Assembly: GCA_964420685.1 (NCBI GenBank)
Contig: CAYQUI010000003.1
Span: 4,150-68,149 of the forward strand
Direction of reading: 5' to 3'
DNA length: 64,000 nucleotides
DNA from: an uncultured Lentisphaeraceae bacterium
GTDB taxonomy: Bacteria; Verrucomicrobiota; Kiritimatiellia; RFP12; UBA1067
Below are positions 37,923-47,255 of this stretch, in pieces; the stretch's first letter is position 1, and the number at the start of each line of letters is the position of its first letter. Both the position numbers and the translations under genes were made by a program. The notes beneath the pieces were generated by a model, which was not told the DNA's origin, did no database searches, and worked only from the letters and a program-made list of their open reading frames with translations.

Positions 37923-38206
37923 GACTCGGTTCAGGCGAATAAAACGGATTTCGAAACGAAAGAAACTGGGCAAAAAGTGGTATCAAAATCTGGAAACAGT
38001 TTTCGCATTCGCTCAATCCCTAATTAGCGCAAACCTGCAAGGTCGAACCCGCCCTGAACGGCGTCACCCGATAAGGTCGGTCGCCGCTCGAATAGCCATT
38101 TCGGCAAGCATTGGCACTCTCGCGGAAACCGACATCGAACTTCGGCTTGTTCCGCAACGCCAGACGCGGGGTTTTCCATCTTTCCGTCTCATCGCCCGAC
38201 CTTCCC

Positions 38207-39907
38207 CTACCGCTTTCCGCCGGCGAGGGTTTCCGCGCAGTTGAGGTAGTAGGCGCGAATGCGTTCGTAGGCGTTGAGAATGTCGAGTTCGCCCAAGACG
38301 CGAATCGACGAACCGGGGTCTTCCGGACCAATGCGCCCCAGCTGGACGCGACGGCAGTCGCGAATGAAGTCGTGCAGCTCCGAACAGCGCCGCTGCAGGG
38401 CCGCAAGGTCGAACGGCACGCGCGGCGAACTGATGAGCGGCGTGACGTCCGCCGCAAACGCCGCGACCTTGTCGTGGACTTCCAGGAGCACCGCCTCCGA
38501 GACATCCGAAATCTGCTGCTTCTGCTTGCGCAAACGCTTGACGACCTTCAAGACTTGCGCACATTCGTCCGAAACGGACTCCAGCTCGTCCGTCAGGCGC
38601 AGAAGCCGCCGCGCGCGTTCCGCGACATCCCAGGACAGACGCTTGGACATAATCGAACCCAAGAACTCCGTCACCTCGCGCTGGACGTTGTCGAGAATGT
38701 CCTCGCGGTGGACAATGTGCTTCTCCGGGCCTTCGTCGTCTTCCGTCGCGCCGGAAAGAACCTTGCGCGCGCAGTCGAGGAGCTCAAGGTTCGACTGCTT
38801 CATGAAGTCAATCTCGCTCAACGCCTGGTCGCACGCGATCACAGGCGAGATCTTCGCGCCAATCTTGAGCGCGGAAAGATGCGGCTTCTCGTTCTCCGGC
38901 TGTTTGATCAGCCACTCGACGAGCCGGCAGAACGGCTTCACGAACGGAAAGAAGAGAATGCCACGACAAACCGCGAAAACCGTGTCGGTCACGGCGATCG
39001 GCGCCATCATGTGCGTGTACGCCGGCACGCCCTGCCCCGAAACCGTCATCGTCTCGGCGACGCCCCAGTTCGGGAACAGCATCTGGCCAAGCTTCACGAA
39101 GAGCGGGAAGAACCAGATGAGGGCGAGCGAGCCAATCACGTTGGAGAGCGTGTGCGACAGGGCCGTCCGCTTCGCGTCCGCCGTGCCGCCAATCGCGGCA
39201 ATCCAGCCCGTCGCCGTCGTGCCGATGTTCGCGCCGAAGAGAACGGCGATCGCGACCTCGTAGGTGATGAGGCCCTGCGTCGCGAGCGCCATCGCGATCG
39301 CGATGGTCGCCGCCGAACTCTGGATGACCGCCGTGAGAAGCGTCGCCGTCGCCGCCACGAAAAAGACGTCCGCCATCGTGCGCGCGCTCATCTCCGTGAA
39401 GACATGCGCGAAGTCGGGATTCTGGCGGATGGGCGCGACGCCCTTCGACATGAAGTAGAGGCCGAGGAAGACAAGCCCAAGGCCGATGATCGTCAACCCC
39501 AGGTGGTGGACACGCTCGCCCCGGAAGAAGAAGTACATGATGCCGCCCGCCGCCAGCCCGCAGAAGCCCAGCATCTGCGGATCCGGCGCATAGGCAATGA
39601 TCCAGATCGTCGCCGTCGTGCCGATGTTCGCGCCGATGAGGACGGCAAACGCCTGCGGCAGCGTCATGATCGCCGTCGAGACGAAGCCGACCAGCATCAC
39701 CGTGATGATCGAGGACGACTGGACGAGGATCGTCGAGACGATGCCGGAGCCGACGCCCACAAGCCGATGGCTCGTCGCCTTGGCCATGAACTTGCGGAGC
39801 CCGCCGCCCGCCGCCGCCTGAAGCCCCTCGGAGAGGTGCTTCATGCCAAGGAGAAAAATGCCAAGCCCCCCGAGGACTGTCAGGAGGATCGTCAGGACTT
39901 CTTTCAC
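38207..39907 (-). CDS. Na+/phosphate symporter (NptA/YjbB family) with PhoU-like C-terminal domain
   Basis: Duplicated GANIGTTAT motif, and a cytoplasmic PhoU-like helical domain at the C-terminus. Confidence 0.85.
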   Translation of the reverse strand: MKEVLTILLTVLGGLGIFLLGMKHLSEGLQAAAGGGLRKFMAKATSHRLVGVGSGIVSTILVQSSSIITVMLVGFVSTAIMTLPQAFAVLIGANIGTTATIWIIAYAPDPQMLGFCGLAAGGIMYFFFRGERVHHLGLTIIGLGLVFLGLYFMSKGVAPIRQNPDFAHVFTEMSARTMADVFFVAATATLLTAVIQSSAATIAIAMALATQGLITYEVAIAVLFGANIGTTATGWIAAIGGTADAKRTALSHTLSNVIGSLALIWFFPLFVKLGQMLFPNWGVAETMTVSGQGVPAYTHMMAPIAVTDTVFAVCRGILFFPFVKPFCRLVEWLIKQPENEKPHLSALKIGAKISPVIACDQALSEIDFMKQSNLELLDCARKVLSGATEDDEGPEKHIVHREDILDNVQREVTEFLGSIMSKRLSWDVAERARRLLRLTDELESVSDECAQVLKVVKRLRKQKQQISDVSEAVLLEVHDKVAAFAADVTPLISSPRVPFDLAALQRRCSELHDFIRDCRRVQLGRIGPEDPGSSIRVLGELDILNAYERIRAYYLNCAETLAGGKR

Positions 39908-39930
39908 GGGAATCGTTCCTTACGTGGAAA

Positions 39931-40332
39931 TTAGCGAGCCGACTTTTCCGCGCCAAAACCCAGGCGTTTCAGCGCTGCCTCAATCCGCCACGGGTAGAAC
40001 ATCCCGTACATGCCGATGATCGCAAGAACATAGGCGAACGCCACGAGAATCTGCACGGGGGCGAAGCCGCCGTCGGGCAGATGCGGACGGAGGAGCGGAA
40101 AGAGTTCAGCCGGAATCAGCATGAAGATTCCCATCACGGCGCGCGTCAGGAGGTTCTTCGGCATCCAGATGATCGTCAGGTACGACAGCACCGCCGCCAT
40201 AATCCAGACCTGGCCGGGAAACCGCTTCAGGAGCATGTCAAAAACGTCAATGCCAATCGTGTGGCATTCGTACGCAGTCCAAAACCACGCGAAGACGACG
40301 AGAAACCAAGTCAAGGCCTTTTTGAAATTCAT
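39931..40332 (-). CDS. Small (133 aa) polytopic membrane protein, unknown function
   Basis: MNFKKALTWFLVVFAWFW... with four hydrophobic segments. The ATG lies 7 nt downstream of TGgTATAAT (40340-40348), making it a leaderless candidate. The upstream ORF-track extension translates a terminator hairpin. Confidence 0.5.
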   Translation of the reverse strand: MNFKKALTWFLVVFAWFWTAYECHTIGIDVFDMLLKRFPGQVWIMAAVLSYLTIIWMPKNLLTRAVMGIFMLIPAELFPLLRPHLPDGGFAPVQILVAFAYVLAIIGMYGMFYPWRIEAALKRLGFGAEKSAR

Positions 40333-40345
40333 CGCGCGTATTATA

Positions 40346-40395
40346 CCAAAAAAGCCGCCCCCTTCGCCGTGCAGGCTCACTGGGTCGGCGAAAGG
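40346..40395 (-). terminator. Rho-independent terminator after thiE
   Basis: On the transcript, CCTTTCGCCG-loop16-CGGCGAAGGG followed by GGCGGCTTTTTTGG. It overlaps the -10 of the next promoter. Confidence 0.45.
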
Positions 40396-40417
40396 AGTCG
40401 GCGCGAACAGCCGCTCG

Positions 40418-41029
40418 TCACGCGCGCGCCAATTGCTGGATCGCACGAATGGCCGCGTCGGGATCCGTCGCGCCACAGACGGCACGAACGACCGCAAAGT
40501 TGCGCGCGCCCGCCGCAAGGACAGACGGCAGCGTCTCCACGTTGAGTCCGCCAATGGCAACGGCCGGAAACGGAACGGACGCGATCATCCGCGCGGCCGT
40601 CGCAATGCCGAGCGTCGGATCGGGAATCTTCTTCGTCGGCGTCGCGAAAACCGGCCCGACCCCGATGTAGTCGGGCTTCTGCGCAATCGCCGCGCGCGCC
40701 TGGTCCGGATTGTGCGTCGAGAGTCCGACGATTCGAAGCGACGGGTAGAGGCGGCGCACGTCCGCGACGGGCATGTCGCCCTGGCCGACGTGAACGCCGT
40801 CTGCCCCGACCTCCGCCGCGACGGACGGATCGTCATTGACGATGAAGTCCGTCCGCGTTCCCGCCGTCATCCGCCGAAGCGCCTGTCCGACTGCGACGAT
40901 TTCCGCGCGCGGACGGTCTTTCATGCGCAACTGGACCATCCGGACGCCCGCCCGAACCGCCGCTTCGCAACAGCGTTCGTAGCCGACGACCGGATCGGTC
41001 AGGACGAGATAGAGGCCGAAGTCTTCCAT
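40418..41029 (-). CDS. thiE: Thiamine-phosphate synthase
   Basis: LYLVLTD...VQLRMKD...GADGVHVGQGD... of the TMP-TENI family. Confidence 0.85.
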   Translation of the reverse strand: MEDFGLYLVLTDPVVGYERCCEAAVRAGVRMVQLRMKDRPRAEIVAVGQALRRMTAGTRTDFIVNDDPSVAAEVGADGVHVGQGDMPVADVRRLYPSLRIVGLSTHNPDQARAAIAQKPDYIGVGPVFATPTKKIPDPTLGIATAARMIASVPFPAVAIGGLNVETLPSVLAAGARNFAVVRAVCGATDPDAAIRAIQQLARA

Positions 41030-41818
41030 TTACCTCTTCAGGTCGGCCGCGACGATCTGGGCGATCTTGCGGCCGCTCTTGAGCATGCCGCCGAAGATCG
41101 GACCCATGCGAAAGCCGCCCTGGACGTTGTTCGCGGCCATGCCCGAGGCATAAAGCCCCGGATAGAGACGCTTCGTGTTCACGACGGTCGTACGCTCGCC
41201 GTCCGCCATCCACATCGGCTTCTCGCCGAGAATGCCGCCCGTCGGGGAATCGACCTTCACGCCCGCCTTGTGGACGGCCTTGTTGATGATCTCGCTCGGA
41301 TGGCCCGTGCCGTCAATCAAGGCGCGCGTCGTCACGACAAGCGGATCGACGTGCATCTCCAGACGCGCGACGGGATTCCAGTTGATGACGACACCCGAAA
41401 CGATGCCGTCATGCATCACGATGTCCTCGACCTTGACGGTGTTGAAGATGACCGCCCCCGCCTTGCGCGCGCCGAAGATAAGCCCGGAGGCCATCTCGAC
41501 GGAATCGACGGTGTGGTAGTCGTCGTCGTACGGCTGGGTCGTGACGCCAAACTCACGCAGGATCTCCGCCGCATCGTTCTGCACGGCAACCTCGTTCATG
41601 AGCATGCCACCGCCCCACGTGCCGCCGCCAGGCGCAAGCTTCGACTCGTAGACGCAGACCTTGAGGCCCGCTTTCGCGAGGTCGTGCGCCGCGACAAGTC
41701 CGCTCGGACCCGCGCCCACGATGGCGACGTCAATCGCCAGGTTGTTCTGTAGTTTCTCGAAATACCGGCGCACAATTGCGCCGGATATGACTTCTTCCAT
41801 GACGGCATGATCTGCCAT
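41030..41818 (-). CDS. thi4: Thiazole synthase, Thi4 family (archaeal/eukaryote-type)
   Basis: [12 protein letters not shown] dinucleotide motif and the ...WGGGM...GMEV... Thi4 family signature. Confidence 0.85.
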   Translation of the reverse strand: MADHAVMEEVISGAIVRRYFEKLQNNLAIDVAIVGAGPSGLVAAHDLAKAGLKVCVYESKLAPGGGTWGGGMLMNEVAVQNDAAEILREFGVTTQPYDDDYHTVDSVEMASGLIFGARKAGAVIFNTVKVEDIVMHDGIVSGVVINWNPVARLEMHVDPLVVTTRALIDGTGHPSEIINKAVHKAGVKVDSPTGGILGEKPMWMADGERTTVVNTKRLYPGLYASGMAANNVQGGFRMGPIFGGMLKSGRKIAQIVAADLKR

Positions 41819-41823
41819 GGCTT

Positions 41824-41920
41824 CTCTTCCTTTCCTACGCGGGAATGACCCCGTTCAGGTTCAACCGGTCTCTTCTCAGCCGATGCGCACCGCGCGCATC
41901 CGGCACCCGGATAAGATGGC
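41824..41920 (-). ncRNA. TPP (THI-box) riboswitch
   Basis: Transcript CCGGGTGCCGG...GGCTGAGAAGAGACCGGTTGAACCTGAACGGGGTCATTCCCGCGTAGGAAAGGAAG directly upstream of the thi4 ATG. Contains CUGAGA, ACC..GAACCUGA and GCGUAGGAA. The 3' arm overlaps the SD AGGAAAGGAAG. Confidence 0.7.
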
Positions 41921-41924
41921 GCAT

Positions 41925-41954
41925 AGTATAGCATTTTCCGCCGCGCCAAATCAA
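41925..41954 (-). promoter_or_regulatory. thi operon promoter (TTGATT-N18-TGcTATACT)
   Basis: -35 at 41949-41954 and -10 at 41925-41930, just upstream of the riboswitch. Confidence 0.45.
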
Positions 41955-42079
41955 TGGGCGTTTGAACGGCAAAACCGTGGGGACAGCCCCCGCAGGAAGC
42001 CTCTCACAAATGGCAATATCCAGTGGGTCGGCAAAAAAGGGAGGAAGGCCATGGGGTAGGGACAGTCCCCACGTGCGCG

Positions 42080-43213
42080 TCAGAGGCCAAGTGCCTGGCG
42101 GATGGCCTCGCCGAACGCACGAGCCATTGACTGCATGCCGAGGTCATTCGGATGGCAGCCGTCCACCGTCCCCTCTCCGTCACCCGTGTACATCCCGTCC
42201 TTGGAAAGGTAGACGATGTTCTTCCAGCCCTCCGCGACCAGCTTTTCATAGAGTTTCCGGACGAAGCGATCCTTCTCGTTCGGGCCGTCCATGTAGACAT
42301 CGCACTGCTCGGCCATGATGATCGGCACCTCCGGACGCTTGGCGCGGAGATTCCGGATGAACGGTTCGTAGTTGGTCTCGACGGCGCGGCCTGGACTGTC
42401 CTTCTCATGCAAGGACATATTCCAGAGGCAATCCAGCACGTAGCAGCTCGCGTCAATCCGGGCGAGATGCGCGCTCATCTCAAGTTCCATCACGCCCGAC
42501 CCCGAAAAGCCGAGACCAACGACAGGCACCTCCAGGTCACGGCCGACCCTGTTCACGAAACTGAGTCCAGGTCGCGAACAGCAGCCCCCATGCGTAATCG
42601 ACGTGCCGTAGAACACGACGGGTCTCTCGATGCCGCTCCGATGCGCGTACGCCTCGACCTTCGCATCTGGATCAATGCCCATCTCGAAACTCTTCACGCC
42701 ATTGTAGAGCGGCAGGTTGACGAGACAGGGCGTGCCGGGCGTCCAGCCAACCGAGAGGCAGCCGCCTTTCTTCGCGTCCCAGATGCGCCCCGTCCGCACG
42801 TAGTGCCAACGTCCCTTCGCCGCGTCCCAGCGGTAGACGTCAATGCCCGAAACGCCCGTCGCCGGCATATGGTCCATCGCAAGACCTCCATTGTAAGGCG
42901 TCCAGCGGAACTCAAGATGCTTTGAGTCCGTCACGAACCGGAAAAGCATGCCTGACGTGTGATGCTTCATCGAGCGGACACCGCCATTGACATTCGTCGT
43001 CACGTTCACCGGAAGGCGGTCGTAGTAGTGCTCCGTGTCGTTGAAGGCGCGGCCTTCAAGTGGCAGATACCGCCCGTCGATCCACTTGACGCCGTTCGTG
43101 ACGACGGACGCCCGCTGGGCCATGTTCGGGTCCCACTTCGCGATTTCGGACTGATTCGCGCACGCGACCGACGCGGCAAGAAGAAACGCGAGACAAACGA
43201 TTCTGCTGTCCAT
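42080..43213 (-). CDS. Secreted SGNH/GDSL hydrolase with N-terminal beta-sandwich domain
   Basis: Signal peptide. FYGTSITHG is a GDS block I, and ...DGCHPN... is block V. Confidence 0.7.
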   Translation of the reverse strand: MDSRIVCLAFLLAASVACANQSEIAKWDPNMAQRASVVTNGVKWIDGRYLPLEGRAFNDTEHYYDRLPVNVTTNVNGGVRSMKHHTSGMLFRFVTDSKHLEFRWTPYNGGLAMDHMPATGVSGIDVYRWDAAKGRWHYVRTGRIWDAKKGGCLSVGWTPGTPCLVNLPLYNGVKSFEMGIDPDAKVEAYAHRSGIERPVVFYGTSITHGGCCSRPGLSFVNRVGRDLEVPVVGLGFSGSGVMELEMSAHLARIDASCYVLDCLWNMSLHEKDSPGRAVETNYEPFIRNLRAKRPEVPIIMAEQCDVYMDGPNEKDRFVRKLYEKLVAEGWKNIVYLSKDGMYTGDGEGTVDGCHPNDLGMQSMARAFGEAIRQALGL

Positions 43214-43286
43214 GTCAAGAACTCTTCAGGTTCTCATTGGCCATGCCGCCGCCTGTCATCATGGTGCGCAACGCGAAACCATATGC

Positions 43287-44519
43287 TTACTGGTTCAACG
43301 CCTTGACGGGATCTTTGGCGGCGGCGCAGAGGGCCGGGACAAAGGAGGCCAGCAAGCCGAAGACGAAGACGAGGGCAACGACCCAGAAGACGTCAGAGAC
43401 AATCAGCCGATGCGGGATGGCCGCCAGACCGTAGACGGACGCCGGGAAAACCTCAAGCCCCAGCCGCGCCAGCCACTCGACAATGTTCTGGAGGTTGGAG
43501 AGGACGGCCCACGACGCAAGCAGCCCCAAGACGATGCCGACGCCGCACTGAATCATGCCGTGGACGACGAAGACCTTCATAATCTCGCGCTTGCGGAAGC
43601 CCAAAGCCTTCAAGAGTCCGATCTCCGGCGTCTTCTGAACGGTCAAGACGAGCAGCGTGTTCATGACGCAGAAAACGGCAACTAGGGAGATAAGCGAAAG
43701 AAGGAGCGCCGTCATGTTCTTCTCGACGGCAAGCGCATTGAAGATTTCGCGGTCGGCCTCCCGCCAGGAAATCGCGCGCAACCGCACCGTCTCCCCGCCA
43801 ACGTCAAGGGCGGCGGAAACGATGCGCTCGAACTTCGCCGCGTCCGTCGGGCAGTCCGTCTTGACGTGAATGGCAAAGACCCCGTGTTCCATCCCCATCA
43901 GGTCGCGCACGTTCGGAAGCGACGCGACGACATAGCCGGAATCGTATTCGTGCTGTCCGCAGGAGAAGATGCCGACGACCTTCCACTTGACCGGCAGAAA
44001 GACCTCGTCCTTCGCGACAAGCGTCTTCGGCGAATAGACCGTCACCTCGTCGCCGACCCAAACGCCCAGCGAACGCGCCGCCGAGACACCGAGGACGATC
44101 GAGTCGCCCGAAAGGTCGAACGTGCCCGCGCGCGGCGCGCCAATGCGGTAGGCGCGCGTGAAGTCGTCGCCGTCCACGCCCAAAATGACCGGCGCGAGGA
44201 CGCGCCCCTTGTGCGCCAGAAGGACGCGCGTGTCGATTTCGGGCGTCACGCACGTCACCCCCGGAATCTGACGGAGCTTCGACGCAAGCGCCTCCTCGCC
44301 GCGAACGACGTTGCCGGCCTGCGGCACAAGCGAGACGTGCGGCTTGAAGTCGAGAATCTTCTCTTCCCAAATGTCGCCGAAGCCCGTCATGACGCTGCGG
44401 ACGATGAGGACGACCGCGACGCCCAGCATCACGCCAAGAACGGAGACGAGGGTGATGACCGAAGCGACGGAACGCTTCGGCTTAAGATATTTGAGGGCGA
44501 GGAAAAGCGGAAAGTTCAA
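43287..44519 (-). CDS. lolE: Lipoprotein-releasing system permease (LolC/E, FtsX family)
   Basis: MNFPLFLALKYLKPKR... with four TMs and a large periplasmic loop. No adjacent lolD. Confidence 0.8.
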   Translation of the reverse strand: MNFPLFLALKYLKPKRSVASVITLVSVLGVMLGVAVVLIVRSVMTGFGDIWEEKILDFKPHVSLVPQAGNVVRGEEALASKLRQIPGVTCVTPEIDTRVLLAHKGRVLAPVILGVDGDDFTRAYRIGAPRAGTFDLSGDSIVLGVSAARSLGVWVGDEVTVYSPKTLVAKDEVFLPVKWKVVGIFSCGQHEYDSGYVVASLPNVRDLMGMEHGVFAIHVKTDCPTDAAKFERIVSAALDVGGETVRLRAISWREADREIFNALAVEKNMTALLLSLISLVAVFCVMNTLLVLTVQKTPEIGLLKALGFRKREIMKVFVVHGMIQCGVGIVLGLLASWAVLSNLQNIVEWLARLGLEVFPASVYGLAAIPHRLIVSDVFWVVALVFVFGLLASFVPALCAAAKDPVKALNQ

Positions 44520-44528
44520 GGGCGTGTA

Positions 44529-46271
44529 TCAGATGTCGACCTCGATCTCAAGCTCGTCGCTCTGCTTCTTCTTCGACCCCTCGTCCTCGTCGCCCGACGT
44601 AATGGCCCGTGCGGCCTTCGTCTGGGTCGTCGGCAGGTAGCGGTAGTAGACCATCATCTGAAGCGCCGTCAAGCACGTCGCCATCGTCGTCGCCTTCTCG
44701 CCGCCACATGTCTGGTCCTTGAACTTCCAGTACCCAATCGCACGCGGCTTGCCGTCCGGTCCCGGAATCTTTTCGGGCAAGGTGATGATCGAACGCGGAT
44801 AAAGGGCCTTCATCGCAAGATTCCAGTCCTGCCAGGCCTTCACGTTCGCCGGCGTCGCGCCCTGGCACATGCCGGCCTGGTACTTGCACTGCGCGGCATA
44901 GTAGCAGTAGTACTGGGGATTCGCCGACGGCAGGGCCTCCGAAAGCTTCTTTCCCTTCTCGCCGTCAAACGACGGCTTCCACGCGCGCATCGTGTCCAGC
45001 GCGGCCTTGACCTCGTTCTCGTTCATGTAGCCGAGAAGCTGCATGGCCAGGCATCCGGTTGCCGTCAGCCCGGTCGGATTCCCGCCCGCCGTGTAGTTGA
45101 AGCCGCCGTTCTTGAAGTTGCGCGTCTTCAGGCACTTGACCGCCTTCTTGATGCAGGCGTCCAGTCCCTTCGGATGCATGCCGGCCATCTTGCCGGCCTT
45201 CAAGGCCTGAAGCGCCCAACCCGCGTACGACATGTCGTCGCGCGTGGACTTGCGGTTCATGCCGTAGTCCCAGCCACCCGTCGGCGACTGGTTGTCGACG
45301 ATGCGCTGAAGCGTCTGCATGGCCACGATCTTCGTGTTCGGGTTGCGCGTCATGCCGTAGGCCTCGCACAGGGCATAGGTCGCAATCAGCGTCGCGTACT
45401 CGTTGCCGTCCGTTCCCTTGAACGAGACGACCTCCTGCCCGGTCTTGTCCTTCTTCGTCGTGAGCGAGTCGATCAGAAACTGCATCGCCTTCTGGACGGT
45501 CGGGCCAAACTCCTTGGACGACGGCGTCTCGCCATGGGCGAGGAACGTGAGAATCGCCAATCCCGCATTGGAAATCCCGTTGCCGCCGTTCCCCCACGTG
45601 CCGTTCGGAAGCTGCGTCTTCTTGAGCCAGCGCAAGGCCTTGAGGACTGCCCCCTCGGTCGTCGCGTCGCCGTACATGTTGCCGCCCCGCGTCATCGTGC
45701 CGATGGAGCCGGGCGTCCGCGAACCCGTCATTGACTTCATCGTGACGGGCGACTTGATGAGGGCGACGGAATCCTGCGCGGCCGGCTTCACCGAAACCGG
45801 TTCGGACGTCGGCGTCGCGTTCGGCGTGACGACGTCGGCCACGGAACTGATGTCCGGCGTGTCAATGGTGATGTCAACCATTTCCTCCGGCGGCGTCTGC
45901 TCGACAATCTCCTCCTGTTCCTGCTCTTCCTCCAGTTCCGTCTCCTCCTCCTGGGCGCGCGCGACCTCGACCTCGATCTTCTTGCCCATCTGGCCCTGAA
46001 CGGCCGTCACGACGATGAGGACGATGACACCCAAGACCGGCAACGTGATTGCCGCAATCGGGGCGATGAGACGCTGGAGCTCCGTCTTCGCGATCTTGAA
46101 CTCGGCGGACGAATGCGGCTTCGAGAGTCCGGAGAGCATATCCGCCATGCGACGGAAAAAGCCCTTCTCCTCGAATGCCGCCTCAATCTCGGCCTTGTGC
46201 TGCTCGAACAACTCTTCCGCGCTCAGCGGGACCTCTTCCTGCAGCCCGTCTTCGACAAACTCTTCAGCCAT
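44529..46271 (-). CDS. TonB-like architecture with C-terminal prenyltransferase/squalene-cyclase-repeat (alpha/alpha toroid) domain
   Basis: One N-terminal TM (IAAITLPVLGVIVLIVV), a Glu/Pro-rich spacer (EEETELEEEQEQEE...PPEE), then ~400 aa with repeated QxxDGGW/…GGWDYG…YAGWALQAL terpene-cyclase-like repeats. Lies directly downstream of exbB-exbD-exbD. Confidence 0.65.
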   Translation of the reverse strand: MAEEFVEDGLQEEVPLSAEELFEQHKAEIEAAFEEKGFFRRMADMLSGLSKPHSSAEFKIAKTELQRLIAPIAAITLPVLGVIVLIVVTAVQGQMGKKIEVEVARAQEEETELEEEQEQEEIVEQTPPEEMVDITIDTPDISSVADVVTPNATPTSEPVSVKPAAQDSVALIKSPVTMKSMTGSRTPGSIGTMTRGGNMYGDATTEGAVLKALRWLKKTQLPNGTWGNGGNGISNAGLAILTFLAHGETPSSKEFGPTVQKAMQFLIDSLTTKKDKTGQEVVSFKGTDGNEYATLIATYALCEAYGMTRNPNTKIVAMQTLQRIVDNQSPTGGWDYGMNRKSTRDDMSYAGWALQALKAGKMAGMHPKGLDACIKKAVKCLKTRNFKNGGFNYTAGGNPTGLTATGCLAMQLLGYMNENEVKAALDTMRAWKPSFDGEKGKKLSEALPSANPQYYCYYAAQCKYQAGMCQGATPANVKAWQDWNLAMKALYPRSIITLPEKIPGPDGKPRAIGYWKFKDQTCGGEKATTMATCLTALQMMVYYRYLPTTQTKAARAITSGDEDEGSKKKQSDELEIEVDI

Positions 46272-46325
46272 GCCCTATGCCTCCAAAACTTTCAAAGTGC
46301 CCCGACCTCCCAACGCCCGTCTGCG

Positions 46326-46736
46326 TCACATCGAGAAGATGCTGACGCTGAACAGGTTGTTCTTGTAGCAGATGTCCAGCGCATCGACAAGCGCCTTGTG
46401 CGGCGAATCCATCGTGCACTTGATGATGATCGGCGTCTTCGTCGACGTGCGGGCGACCTCCCGCAGGTTCTGGTCAAGCTCCGCCCGGCGCACCTCGCGC
46501 TTGTTGTAGACGAGGAGACCGTTCGCGTCATGCCCGCGCCCGATTTCGATCGTCACGGTCGTGTCCGACTCGTTCGAGGACGAAGCCCCCGTCGATGGCG
46601 CCGGACGGTTCGCGTTCAGCTTCGAGAGCGTGTCCTCCTGCTTGATCGTGACGACGAAGAAGATGATCAGTTCGAAGACGACGTCGATCATCGGCGTCAT
46701 GTCAAGCGCGGGATTCTCCTGTGGTTTGCGCGCCAT
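46326..46736 (-). CDS. exbD: Biopolymer transport protein ExbD/TolR (copy 2)
   Basis: MARKPQENPALDMTPMIDVVFELIIFF... is the ExbD family N-terminus. Confidence 0.85.
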   Translation of the reverse strand: MARKPQENPALDMTPMIDVVFELIIFFVVTIKQEDTLSKLNANRPAPSTGASSSNESDTTVTIEIGRGHDANGLLVYNKREVRRAELDQNLREVARTSTKTPIIIKCTMDSPHKALVDALDICYKNNLFSVSIFSM

Positions 46737-46738
46737 GG

Positions 46739-47239
46739 CTACCTACCTCTCCTCTTGAGCGCGTCCAGGTGCTTGCGGGCAGGCTGCCCCGGCTTCGAGC
46801 GCTTGTCCTCGGCCGTCGCCATGAACGAAATCTTCCAGATGCCGTTTGCCGTGCAGGCGTTCATGACGCGCGCGACGACCTCGTGGCGAACGTCATAGTC
46901 GGCGCGAATGAGGACGGGGAATTCCCCGACCTTGCGCATGCGCTCCTTCACGCGACGCCCGATCTCCTCCGGCGTAATCTCGCGGTCTCCCATCGAGATG
47001 CGTCCGCGCGGCAACCGCTTGCCGCGCGTGTCGCGGCTCGCGATGTCGATCTGCAGATGCGTCGGAGGCAGTTCCTCCGGCACGAGCACGATGCCGTGCT
47101 TGCCGTCCTCAAGCTCGATCGTCTCGTCCTTTCGCTGTGCCTCGGTGAGAGTGACGACGAAGAAGATGATCAGCTCGAAGACGACGTCGATCATCGGCGT
47201 CATGTCGAGGGCCGGATTCTCCTGTGCTTTCCTGGCCAT
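46739..47239 (-). CDS. exbD: Biopolymer transport protein ExbD/TolR (copy 1)
   Basis: MARKAQENPALDMTPMIDVVFELIIFF... The first ~85 nt are nearly identical to copy 2. Confidence 0.85.
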   Translation of the reverse strand: MARKAQENPALDMTPMIDVVFELIIFFVVTLTEAQRKDETIELEDGKHGIVLVPEELPPTHLQIDIASRDTRGKRLPRGRISMGDREITPEEIGRRVKERMRKVGEFPVLIRADYDVRHEVVARVMNACTANGIWKISFMATAEDKRSKPGQPARKHLDALKRRGR

Positions 47240-47255
47240 GAAAAGGGTCTTTCGC

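Noticed and set aside
37923-38206. AT-richer convergent intergenic region checked for sRNA, tmRNA, RNase P and SRP signatures
   Set aside because: No conserved motifs were found (no tmRNA tag region, no GGAAGCAGCC of SRP, no P4 of RNase P). Only a loose hairpin. It is probably terminator or spacer DNA.
42004-42456. 150-aa minus ORF overlapping the SGNH hydrolase gene
   Set aside because: It is an alternative frame inside a gene with clear GDSL motifs. The reading is Arg/Cys/Ser-rich nonsense.
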